A stretch of 64,000 nucleotides of DNA, from positions 19,158,001-19,222,000 of the forward strand of contig NW_025963890.1 in NCBI RefSeq assembly GCF_023055435.1, written 5' to 3'. Positions within the stretch are counted from its first letter, which is position 1. Each line of letters starts with the position of its first letter. The notes beneath the pieces were generated by a model, which did no database searches, was not told the origin of the DNA, and saw only the letters and a list, made by a program, of their open reading frames with translations. The translations under genes and the position numbers were made by a program. This document shows, piece by piece, positions 38,775 through 51,060 of the stretch. Source of the DNA: Haliotis rufescens (lineage: Eukaryota).

Positions 38775-40763
38775 ATGGCTTTCCTTTCAGTAGCTCTTCT
38801 ATCTATTATAGCTCACCTGGCTTTAGGTCAAGGTTGGGGTCAGAGTAACTCAGGATTTAGTCAAGGTAATGCAGGACTTGGTTTGGGACAGGCAGGGGCT
38901 TCTTGGGGTCAAGCCGGACTTGGTCAAGGTAATGCAGGACTTGGTTTGGGACAGACAGGAGCATCTTTAGGTCAAGCTGGACTTGGACTTGGCTCTGCTG
39001 GGTTTAGATTTGGTGCCGGTGGACTTGGATTTGGTACCCATGGACTTGGGATTGGAAGAACAGGTTGGGGTCAAGCAGGGACAGGATGGGGCCAGAACAT
39101 TATCAACCCTTATCTGAGTAAGTATTTACATATACTTTCATTTTCTTTACAGCCCCTGTGCAACCAGGGTAAGGTTAACCCTTTCTATAACCATCCTACG
39201 CCCAACCGCGTACACTGGACATGCTCGATGTTTTGAACACATTGTGCTGTTGAGTGTGCTGAAGCAGTGACCAAAACCACATTTCCGAGGCCACCGCCTC
39301 AGAAGAGTGAACGATTAATCTCAAAGAAGCTTATACACTTTTACTTATTTACTACTTAAACGACAACTTGTATGTGTATATTGCGTAACATAAAGTGCTA
39401 AACTGTGTTTACTTTCCCACCAGATACAACCATTACATGCACTGGAACAGCAACAGGTTTTGCTATGTCTCTTACCCTGAGGAGGATGCAGCCAACTTGG
39501 GGAGGATGGGGTGTAAGTAGTTTTATTTATTGACTGAATTGGTCTGGGGTTTGGGTTTGGGTTTCTTGAAAGACAATACTACATTAATATTACTCTCGTG
39601 AGTTGTGCGTTTTGAAACGAACATAGCTTTCTTATTGTAGATTGGTCAGTCTCGAAGTGGTCTGACTGGATCTGCCGTTCTGAGGACTACAACTGTGTCA
39701 GGAACTTACAACCTCGTTATCACTGAGAGATCTCGTGTGGAGGCTGGATGTACCGCTGATGGACTCGGTCCTGTCCTTGGAAGGTAAGGAAAGGGTTGCG
39801 GAAGTTAAAACATGACCTCCCCATTAAAATGTTCAAAGAATTTTCACAGTTAAAATGCATTTTTATCATGACTCAAATGAGCAATTGTCAAATGCATCTT
39901 AAATACCACACATTGTCTCTTCTACAGCAACGTGTGGGGCCAACAGTGGGGTCAAGGTCTTGGTCAACAGTGGGGTCAACCATGGGGGCAGCAGTGGGGA
40001 CAAGGATGGGGTCAGTCATGGGGCACTGGAACGACCACCACCCCCGGAGTTGTCACCTCTGTCACCCTCACCACCAACCAGGAGACTGTCATTGACTTGG
40101 GCTCTGCCAACCTACCATTCAGACAGATCGAGAGATACGGAGGACGTGGGATGGCTGTAAGTAGTTTCTTTTAATCATAGACTCACGAGACTTGGTGGCT
40201 ATAATGTCCATTCAAAATCAAACCTTCCAACGCCATTTCAGGGAGATAAGAATGATAGTGAAATACGATTTGAGGTGATTCACATAATTATTAATGCGTG
40301 ACTCAGTATTTTTTAAAAAGAAATGATACCAGGTCAGATCCGTAACAGATAAACTGGCGTTCTTACGAAAACGCCCTAAATTCTATAAGACAAACAAATG
40401 ACATTAGCTTACTTCTGTTACTTCTGACCCGAAGAAGGTGGCTTTTATTTACATTAAAATTCAAACCCACCGACAAGGTAAACGGGAAATGTTACAGAAA
40501 TTCACAAAATTCTCAATGCGAGAATCAGTAATTTTATAAAACGAAGGACATCAGGTCAGGCCCATAAGAGATAAACATGCGTTCTTATGAAAACGCCGTT
40601 TACTCTCAAAGACAAACAAATGACGTTAGCTTACTGCTGTTTTCAGCTGTGCACATCCTTGACCACTGGCACTGATGGACGTCAAGTGTGTGTGGAGCCT
40701 ATCCTGGCCTGTTGCAAGTTGGGATTCGACAACATGGATGCTGTCACACCAACACCCCCATAA
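38775..40763 (+). CDS. Gene E: secreted Gly/Gln/Trp-rich protein with degenerate Cu/Zn-SOD-like domain (about 306 aa)
   Basis: Exons 38775-39117, 39424-39512, 39641-39783, 39928-40156 and 40647-40763. Total 921 nt. Signal peptide MAFLSVALLSIIAHLALG; the protein ends LCTSLTTGTDGRQVCVEPILACCKLGFDNMDAVTPTPP*. Confidence 0.92.
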
Positions 40764-41603
40764 ACAGAATGAGTTATCTGGAAGCTGCATCCAGCGTGTC
40801 CATTGTGAAATGTTGAATGTAAACTGTGTGAATACTATTCTTATCTGTACTCACATTAATCAGTCTAGTCAGACAAATACAGAATTTCCACATTTTACAT
40901 ATCATGTGGAATAACACCTGTATTATCAGAAAATTAATCTATCCAGTGTCCCATTGTTAAATAACTTACTTCCTAACTGAATGCAATCCTTTTTGAATGT
41001 CTCATTGTCATCATCATTTGTCTTGTTCATCAACAACAATCATTATTTATTCCCGAACAACGGGACAGAGGGTGTTTGAATAAAGATGCCAACATATCTT
41101 TCATGTTTCTTGTCTTTGAACAGTATTTGTGTGAGTGTACGATTTTATACCTTGCCAGAACAAGATCATATGCATGCTGGCTTATAGAAATCGATAGGGG
41201 CACGGGTAGGCTAAATCACATGCAAGCATGTTGGCTCACAGCTTTGATAGAACCACGGGTATTCGAAATCACACACGTGCAGGTTGGCACATAGCTTTGA
41301 TAGAGTTACGGGTGTTCCAAGTCAAATGCATGCATGCGAGATCAAGGCTTTGGTATGGGTGGCTCTGTTGGATACAAAGAGGACCATTTCCTGTAAAATC
41401 TGGTAGATTCTTCTGCACTCAATGAAACCTTATAGGTGAGCAGAGTAGTTATTACCGCCGGGACCTACGTCATATTGCGTTTCAGGTGCTGTTAATTGAT
41501 AAGTTATAATCTACATATAATATATAATATATAATTTTTTGTATTTGTATAAATACAGTTACATCAACACTGAACTAAATCAACTTCCAGTATAACATAC
41601 ATT

Positions 41604-41628
41604 CACACACACACACACACACACACAC

Positions 41629-41672
<44 letters not shown>

Positions 41673-41712
41673 ACAAACGCACGCACGCACGCATTCACGC
41701 ACTCACACACAC
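41604..41712. repeat. (CA)n/(CACG)n microsatellite
   Basis: Directly visible. Confidence 0.9.
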
Positions 41713-41984
41713 ATAAATATATCTATATATCTATGTCATGTTGACCTATCTGTTATGGTTGAATCATCTGTACGATTTGGAATATGGAAATAGAAATATG
41801 TGTAACTTCAAAATGAATATGGATATAGGATCGTTGAATCAATCATTTGAATCGCTAATGTATCTGTTCAGACTTTAACAATCCCTACGCTGTTTGATCA
41901 TGAATAATATTTTTCTAAGCATACGCGTCTTAATGTTGATTTCACATGTACGAGAGGTGGAACTATGATGGACTGACTGTGTTG

Positions 41985-42770
41985 ATTGAGTTGTCCCTAA
42001 TTATTTTGTGTATTTGTAAATATAATCCCATCCAAGGTCCACAAACTTCTGCCAACGATGCTGGAGTGCCCGGATGTGTGGCTTCCTCGTGGTGGTGTAA
42101 AAAGCCATCTTAATTTGCATAATGATTGCAAGACAGTTCTTTCTTCAAGTTTGGGAAGAGGTGGAAAACTGACCTTGAATGCCAAATCTGCTGAATACGG
42201 AGACTGTTCAATGAGTTCAAAGCCATAGTCATGCATTGCAACCATGGTGACAATAGCCTTGTGCAAGGTGCTTTATCCTGGTGCAAGAACACACCTTCAG
42301 TGAGTTTTCAACGACGTTTAGTCTTCATATTCTCAGTCAGTTGCCTAAGCAGTTCAGCATAATATTGGCCATGATAATGGCCTCACCTTTCGGGAGGTAG
42401 TCCTGTGTGGAATCCCAGAAAACCGAAATCTTCACATTGCCTCCTGATGGTTGGATTGTTAGTTGGTTGTTTAACGCCGCACTCAGCAATATTCCAGCTA
42501 TATGACAGCCGTCTGTAAATAATCGAGTATGGACCAGACAAGCCAGTGATTAATATCATGAGCATCGATCCACGCAATTTGAATCGATGACATGCATCAA
42601 CCGAGTCAGCGAGCCTAACCACCCGATCCCGTTGGTCGCCTCTTACGGTAAGCATAGTCGCCTTTCCCGGCAAGACCAATTCTGTCCCGGAACTTCACGG
42701 GTCCTCCGATGGAACAGACATTGCCTTCTTCGTCGGAGTATTTGATGTTTCCACAGCTTTGACTGTTCAT
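41985..42770 (-). mobile_element. Degenerate mariner transposase interrupted by a V-type SINE (about 42451-42703)
   Basis: Motifs VKISVFWDS, FLHQDKAP, FELIEQSPYSADLA (YSPDL-like) and FHLFPNLKKEL. Transposase sequence resumes on the far side of the SINE. Confidence 0.75.
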
Positions 42771-43089
42771 ATGACGCTTTGATAAGGTTAACACCATAAA
42801 AGGCCACAGTAAAGCTTCCAAAAGTTAATGGTAGGCATGTGAAGGTCATTTCCAAATTAAACGCATCAGTGACACAAATAATGTCCGATGCAAATCCCGA
42901 TTGTGACTTGAATCATATGATCCCGTGATTTTTCAGGTCAACAAATGACTTGCATTTAAATCTGTTTGTGATGGGTGGCATCGGAACAATTTCGCGAACA
43001 CATTGTATCATCAGAATTTAATAGTGATCCATTAACACATGTTCATGATACAGTCCGAATTGAACTCTGGCCTCTGCTCTTAGATGAGA

Positions 43090-43200
43090 TTTCTTATGAT
43101 AATGTAGCGGCCATAAAATTTCCGAGTCCCGTGATGGGATTCGAACCACGGACCTTCCGGTCCGAGGTCGGACGCCTTGTCCACATGACCAAAGAGGTTA
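43090..43200 (-). mobile_element. tRNA-Arg(TCG)-like SINE head or tRNA pseudogene
   Basis: TGGTCATGTGGACAAGGCGTCCGACCTCGGACCGGAAGGTCCGTGGTTCGAATCCC. The acceptor stem does not pair. Confidence 0.55.
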
Positions 43201-44369
43201 ACCCCGTCAGCAAGCTGACAAGGTAAGGATGTCATCTGTGGGATGACTCCACGTCCTGCTACAATAACATCAAAGGATTCTGTCGCTTTCATTTAGTTGT
43301 CTGGCTGATAGTCGTGAACCTAAGACAGATCCATAGTTACAAATCGCTAAACAAGATCAGCTGGGTCTGCATCACAACCACGAAAATTTCCACAAGAGAG
43401 AATGTTGTTTTGTTGTATATTTGGTTCAAATACATTCTGTAAGCACTGAACGTATTGTACCTCACACATGCAGACTGTTTCGGGTGTACTCAGAGCTTTA
43501 TCTTTTTTTCTTTTTTTCAAAAACCAAACAAGTTATGGTTTATATGGTTCCTGAATCGCTCCTATTAATGAATTAATGAATATTTGTGATAACTCAGGAA
43601 GTGTTTGGTATGAATATTTTTACCCTTACCTGTTTGGACAAAGGCATACGAAATCGTCTTCCCCACACTGCCATGGCAATACAGGTTATCGAATACATTT
43701 TCACTTTGACAATCTGCCTGCACTGTTATGTATTTAAATGATTGCGAATCACCTCATATCGATCGAAGGTGCGAGGAAATAGGTCCACCTTGAACAGACA
43801 GTTATAGAAGGTTTTGTAAATTTGTCCTTGAAGTTGAACATTAAAGGAAGCCTTCGAGCGATACCCAAAGATCTGGAAGACCTAAAGTAGAAAACGTCAC
43901 TATGGAATTCACTTTCTAAAAAATACACAGGTTTTAAAACTACCACTTAGGACTTATGTGTAGAACACCCTAGTGACGCTAATGATAGAACAATAATATA
44001 GGCATAGTTTGGGGATTAAGCAGCGCTAGAATGAATGTTCGATGACTACTTTTGAATACCTACAGTAACAGCATAAAACTGAAGACGGTAGGCACATAAC
44101 ACATACAAAGTAAAAGTAATATAATAAGTACATATTATGAATGTAATAAATAGCATTGAATCGTAATTAATACTTTTTTATCCAATGCTAAAGAAACTAC
44201 TAGTATATGAGGTAAATCGACTAAACATGGTCATCAAAACAAGACGACGCTATTTGATGGTCTTGACTAAGATTAGAGAGGGGGTGCGGTCGCCCTAGTC
44301 TCCCGATGCATCGCAATTCGATGACAGAAGTTGCGTACCATGGGCGTGCCTGAAATCATATCTTTGTGT

Positions 44370-44590
44370 CTTTGTGACATCTAATCCCAGTAACCCCATG
44401 AATAACGGGATCGGGTGGTCAGGCTCGCTTATCTGATTGGTGCATGTCATCGATTCCCAAGTGCGTAGATCGATGCTTATGATGTCAATCACTGGCTTGT
44501 CTGATCCAGTCTCGATTGTTTACAGACCGCCGTTATATAGCTGGAATATTGTTGAGTCCGTTCACAACGTTCAAACAACAAGCAAATAAC
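44370..44590 (+). mobile_element. V-domain-type SINE body
   Basis: Homologous to 20971-21237 and 42451-42703. Confidence 0.7.
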
Positions 44591-47517
44591 AACATCCACT
44601 TCAACCACTCTGGACTGGTCTTCCACGCCTCATTAATCGTATTTCGGTTCCTGTGAGAACACATTTCACAATTGTACAACAAACAGTGTTTTACTCCCTT
44701 AAAACATCATTGCTACACAAAACACACCACATCAAAGAAATTTTATCGGAACCCAAAGGTCTACTACGTGGGAATATCCGAATCTACTACCCAGCTTAGC
44801 GTCTAATGAGAATAATTACAACCAAATTGTCATCACATGCAGCTAATCACTCCGTTTTCACTACGCCTTCCACGCATCCTATTATCTCACCTTTGGATAT
44901 TAATATTGTGTAAATATAACCAGAATAGATAGCTCGGTTGGTTCTCGGAATGTCGTCAGCTTAACGATATGATCCAGTAGACGAAGCGGATTATCTGCAT
45001 TTGTGGACTCCGATACTGATGTAATAATTCACCTCATGATGGAGCAAGAATTAAAAATAAAGTTATTATACATAAAACGTTTTAGATGATGTCGGTTCAC
45101 ACTGAAGATTCTTGTTCATACGATTCAAAAGATTCTGTTTCAGATGTACAAAATCGATGTTTTAAGACACCAGGAATACGTACGTGAATTCCTAAGATAA
45201 CTGAGCCTTTATTTGCTTCTCCGTTTTATCTTATTGCATCACTTTATTGCATAATCAATCTGTACACAAACAGATTTAATCACAAGCATGATATGAGCTG
45301 TACGTTGTAATAAGCTGTTGTCATAAGAAACACATGGAATTGAACTTTCCATGCAACGTTATGTAATAAATATGTATATTTGCAGACCAGTTTTTCAAAT
45401 TTGATATACTATCATATTTTACCGTATTGTGTATCTATAGACCTACGGGCCGGGTGTTGTATTTCCCCTATAGTTTTCTGCGTATATTGTAATACAACAT
45501 GTGACACAATAATAAAACATTTTTCTCCTTATGCTGCAAAATCGTTATATTCATCTTCTTATCTACTAAATTATCGGCTGACGGTTCAAGATTTTTAATA
45601 TTCAAGATGTCTTTTGTAAAATGTTCTTAGGAATTGTATAACAGAAATGAGCCCTGAGAATCACTTCATGTTCAGATTGAAACTGAATAATGTAGATTTG
45701 CATGGGTTATCGGATATATGTGTTTCAGAGTCTGTATGAGAAACTACGAAACATAAAATGTCAACGCAAGACTCGAAACAGTGTCCACTGGGCTTAAAAA
45801 CAAAAATTATATAAATGGATCAATGAAAATAAGTGATGACACCAGGTGTTCGCGAAAAGGGCAACCATGGCTGTCCTGCCCGACTGGTAGCACTCGCCAT
45901 TCACACAATACCAAATACATGTTTGTTGCCTGAAGCCGCACAGCAGTACTCCTGTCATGCGACGACGGCCTGCAAACAAACAAGACAACCAAATGCTGGA
46001 CCAGAAAAAGCAGTGCCACGATAGCGCATTTACTTATTTTGTTGGAACTAAAAACGATATGTTAATGTTGAATTGGTGTGTTGTGAACAAGTGCAGAAAT
46101 TAACTGCTTATAAAGTAAAAAGAAAGTCAACAAAATATGTTCATCGGTTGCCCATGTGCTAAATTGTGGGATGACCTTCCTCAGTTTCTCGTTATAATAT
46201 AATTAGTCCTACAATGATGTATTTATGTATGGGGTCACTATATAGTGACTCACTGGTGCACACAGGCCAAACTTCACCTGAATTGCATAATAACGAACAC
46301 AACGCTTGAGGGCATTACTACACCCCCCTTCATGTTGTAATTAGGTTTTGAGGCTTGGCCTAATTATTAACTAATTGTAAATTCATAACAGTAAAGTTTT
46401 GGATGTTTTAAAAAAGCTAATTGGTTGAGGGTTTTACTCAGCTCCACTTATTGTCCTGAAAATAATGCATTTTGAAATCAAAACATTGTTCGACTCTTTC
46501 TTTCAGATACAAATATAAATATTGAATCAGTGATCGAAACAACATTTTCTCACAAAAATCCAAGAGACTCACTCCTGTTAATAACAATTTGTTCATTGAG
46601 AAAAATAGACTCCCGGGCGAAAGAAAGTATATGCCCATGTTTGATGGTGGCTGAAAATTAAACAAACAATTCCATGGTAATGTATTTAATACGGGTATCA
46701 CAGTTGTGTTTTGGACCTAAAGTATGCAGTGTTTACGGCCTAGTGTCGTAACTATAACAATTTTTTCATAAAGAAAAATATTTGACCATTTTTTGCGGAG
46801 CATCTGCGAATGAAACTTGAACGCTGAGAATGTTTAATTTTGTAGTATGTATGCATATATTTTATATACTTGAAATATACTATGAAAATTATTACCATAA
46901 AGGGAAGAATGAATACAGACATAATTATTTTATAACATTATCGTTAAATAAGGAAGCAATATACATTCGATATATTCCGCAAAAGTCCGAGTAAACCGCA
47001 GAGGACTGCAAAAGTATTACGGAAGGATTACACGGGAATGAATGCGTGAATAAACGCCCTCGGTGAAATGTCTGTGAAAAGGAAAGAGCTGGATCTTGAT
47101 GAATGTATCGCTCTTAATTTATCTGGGATAGCTGAACATCTCTTAGAGCCATTCCTTAATTGCATAATGGGCATGGGATAGGACATTGTCTCAGATAAAC
47201 AATCAATGCACACGTGACATTAACGATCATCAAGTCAATGTCATTAAGCAATAAAGTAATGAAGAAAATAATGCAACAACGATTAAGTTCGAAATATGTG
47301 AATAGCATAATTGCATAACCTAATCTAACGCTGTAGCCGTAACTCTCCAATAGCCAGTCCTTAATTACATCAGGTACATGGGATAGGACTTCCGATTGGT
47401 CACCTCTTTTATTTCTGAGACATAATTAATTACCAGCTTATTATACCTGAAGTGTATATAAACCCGGTCAGATAGATACCAGCATTATCTCAGGTTCTTC
47501 TCGAGTACAAATCTACC

Positions 47518-49687
47518 ATGGCTTTCCTTTCAGTAGCTCTTCTATCTATTATAGCTCACCTGGCTTTAGGTCAAGGTTGGGGTCAGAGTAACTCACGACT
47601 TAGTCAAGGTAATGCAGGACTTGGTTTGGGACAGGCAGGGGCTTCCTGGGGCCAAGCCGGACTTGGTCAAGGTAATGCAGGACTTGGTTTGGGACAGACA
47701 GGAGCATCTTTAGGTCAAGCTGGACTTGGACTTGGCTCTGCTGGGTTTGGATTTGGTGCCGGTGGACTTGGATTTGGTACCCATGGACTTGGGATTGGAA
47801 GAACAGGTTGGGGTCAAGCAGGGACAGGATGGGGCCAGAACATTATCAACCCTTATCTGAGTAAGTATTTACATATACTTTCATTTTCTTTACAGCCACT
47901 GTGCAACCAGGGTAAGGTTAACCCTTTCTATGACCATCCTACGCCCAACCGCGTACACTGGAAATGCTCGATGTTTTAAACACATTGTGCTGTTGAGTGT
48001 GCTGAAGCAGTGACCAAAACCACATCCCCGAGGGCACCGCCTTAGATGAGTGAACGATTGATCTCAAAGAAGCTTATACACTTTTACTTATTTACTACTT
48101 AAACGACAACTTGTATGTGTATATTGCGTAACATAAAGTGCTCAACTGTGTCTACTTTCCCACCAGATACAACCATTACATGCACTGGAACAGCAACAGG
48201 TTTTGCTATGTCTCTTACCCTGAGGAGGATGCAGCCAACTTGGGGAGGATGGGGTGTAAGTAGTTTTACTTATTGACTGAATTGGTCTGGAGTTTGGGTT
48301 TCTTTTTGAAAGACAATACTACTTTAATATTACTCTCGTGAGTTGTGCGTTTTGAAACGAACATAGCTTTTTTTTCATTATAGATTGGTCAGTCTCGAAG
48401 TACTAGTGGTCTGACTGGATCTGCCGTTCTGAGGACTACAACTGTGTCAGGAACTTACAACCTCGTTATCACTGAGAGATCTCGTGTGGAGGCTGGATGT
48501 ACCGCTGATGGACTCGGTCCTGTCCTTGGAAGGTAAGGAAAGGGTTGCGGAAGTTAAAACATGATCTCCCCATTAATATGTTTAAAGAATTTTCACAGTT
48601 AAAATGCATTTTTATCATGACTCAAATGAGCAAATATCAAATGCATCTTAAATATCATACTATTTCATACTGTGTGACATTGTTTTTAAACACCCACAAT
48701 GTTTTTAAAATTCCAAGCGTCTCACCAAGAACATCTTTCAAGAATGTTTTTAAGAATTTTAAATTTTCACAGTTAAAATACATTTCCTCATGACCGGAAA
48801 CGAGCAATTGTCAAATGCATCTTAAATACCACACATTGTCTCTTCTACAGCAACGTGTGGGGCCAACAGTGGGGTCAAGGTCTTGGTCAACAGTGGGGTC
48901 AACCATGGGGACAGCAGTGGGGACAAGGATGGGGTCAGTCATGGGGCACTGGAACGACCACCACCCCCGGAGTTGTCACCTCTGTCACCCTCACTACAAA
49001 CCAGGAGACTGTCATTGACTTGGGCTCTGCCAACCTACCATTCAGACAGCTCGAGAGATACGGAGGACGTGGGATGGCTGTAAGTAGTTTCTTTTAATCG
49101 TAGACTCATGATACTTGTTGGCTATAATGTCCATTCAAAATCAAACCTTCCAACGCCATTTCAGGGAGATAAGAATGACAGTGAAATACGATTTGAGGTG
49201 ATTCACATGATTATTAATACGTGACTCAGTATTTTTTAAAAAGAAATGATACCAGGTCAGATCCGTAACAGATAAACTGGCGTTCTTACGAAAACGCCCT
49301 AAACTCTATAAGACAAACAAATGACATTAGCTTACTTCTGTTACTTCTGACCCGAAGAAGGTGGCTATTATTCAAAGTTCAAACCCACCGACAAGGTAAA
49401 CGGGAAATTAGAATGTTACAAAAATTCACAAAATTCTCAATGCGAGAATCAGTCATTTTATAAAACGAAGGACATCAGGTCAGGCCCATAAGAGATAAAC
49501 ATGCGTTCTTATGAAAACGCCGTTAGCTCTCAAAGACAAACAAATGACATTACCTTACTGCTGTTTTCAGCTGTGTACATCCTTGACCACTGGCACCGAT
49601 GGACGTCAAGTGTGTGTGGAGCCTATCCTGGCCTGTTGCAAGTTGGGATTCGACAACATGGATGCTGTCACACCGACACCTCCATAA
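47518..49687 (+). CDS. Gene F: near-identical paralog of gene E (about 308 aa)
   Basis: Exons 47518-47860, 48167-48255, 48384-48532 (6-nt in-frame insertion relative to E), 48851-49079 and 49571-49687. Total 927 nt, intact frame. Confidence 0.92.
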
Positions 49688-50909
49688 ACAGTCTGAGTTA
49701 TCTGAAGGCTACAACAAGTGTGTGAATGCTGTATGTAAACTGCATGTTATGTGAATACTATTCTTAACTTATGAATTTCTGATATTTCTCATCTCATGTG
49801 ACAGAACTACATTAGTTGTATTAATATCATTGCTTGTTCTGTTCATCAACAATCATTATTAATGCTCGTCACAAAGATCATAGGAGGTATTTATTTTACA
49901 AATAAAAAGTACGAAAACAACACGTGTTACATACTTCTTATGTCAAAAGAGCATTCGTGATAATGTGCAAACTGGTAATGTGTCAGCATACACATGTGAG
50001 TTTAAGATCACAGCTTTGGTAGACGAAGGGTTATTCAAGTCCAAAGGAATCATGCTGGATCAAAGCTTTGATAGAGAAAAGGGTGAATCAAGCCCAAATC
50101 ACGCATGTTGCATCATAGTTTTGAAAGGTGGCACGTGTGACCCTGGGGTCTAAGGGGCCACAATGATTTGTTTAGAGTGTGCTTTCAATGTATATTAATA
50201 CGGCTGAAACACGTTTCAAATCTGTGTAAACCTTACCTCTCTGGTAGACTTCGGAGAATACGATGTGAAACAACCATCAAAGGCTAATAACGTAACCACC
50301 ACTCACGCTTCTCCAGCATGTAGTGTATGAGAATACACCGACAAAATAAGTAACTGACGACCCAAAACTGATTATATTTGTGGTATTTATATGACAACGT
50401 CTTTGTCAACCAGACAAGACTTGGTTATATGTTACCCTGAAACATAAATGGGCTTCAAAATTAAGAAAGTACCAAATCACAAACGCTTTTCTACCACGAC
50501 ACTGAAGAAGGCCTGATTCTGATTAATCAACATAACATTATATCGGAAAATTCACAAGCTTTTTCACTCAAATGCTTGCATGCGAAAACATTTATCTATC
50601 GATGCATATCGCCGATAACCCATTAGAATACGTTTGATATATGTACATTATCAGATGTTTTTGTCACTGACTGGTACGCTGCACACGCACTTGAACAGAC
50701 CAGCTTATCAAATATGATGAAGTTTATTTCAGAAGACATGCAATAGTTGTTACCAAGTTCAAATAAAATATACCAGGTCTTACACACTTCTTATGTGAAA
50801 ACAGAATTAGTGATAGTGTGTTAGCATGCACATGCACAACAGATTTGATAGATGGAAGGGTGACTCGAGACCAAACAATCCATGTTTGATCACAGCTTTG
50901 ATAGATGAA

Positions 50910-51060
50910 TAAATCAGTGAGTGTGGTTTTGCGCCACTTTTAGCAATATTTCAGCAAAATCAGAATATCATAAATTAGCTTCACACATTGTACACAAGTG
51001 GGGAATCGAACCCGGCGTGACGGACGAACGCTTTAATCACTAGGCTACCCCAACATCCCC
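50910..51060 (-). mobile_element. Family-1 SINE
   Basis: 14-bp TSD ctttgatagatgaa at 50896-50909 and 51061-51074. Confidence 0.8.

Noticed and set aside
39118-39236. ORF-track C-termini of the exon-1 ORFs (e.g. SKYLHILSFSLQ...)
   Set aside because: Read-through into intron 1 past a canonical donor that sits at the same phase in all paralogs.
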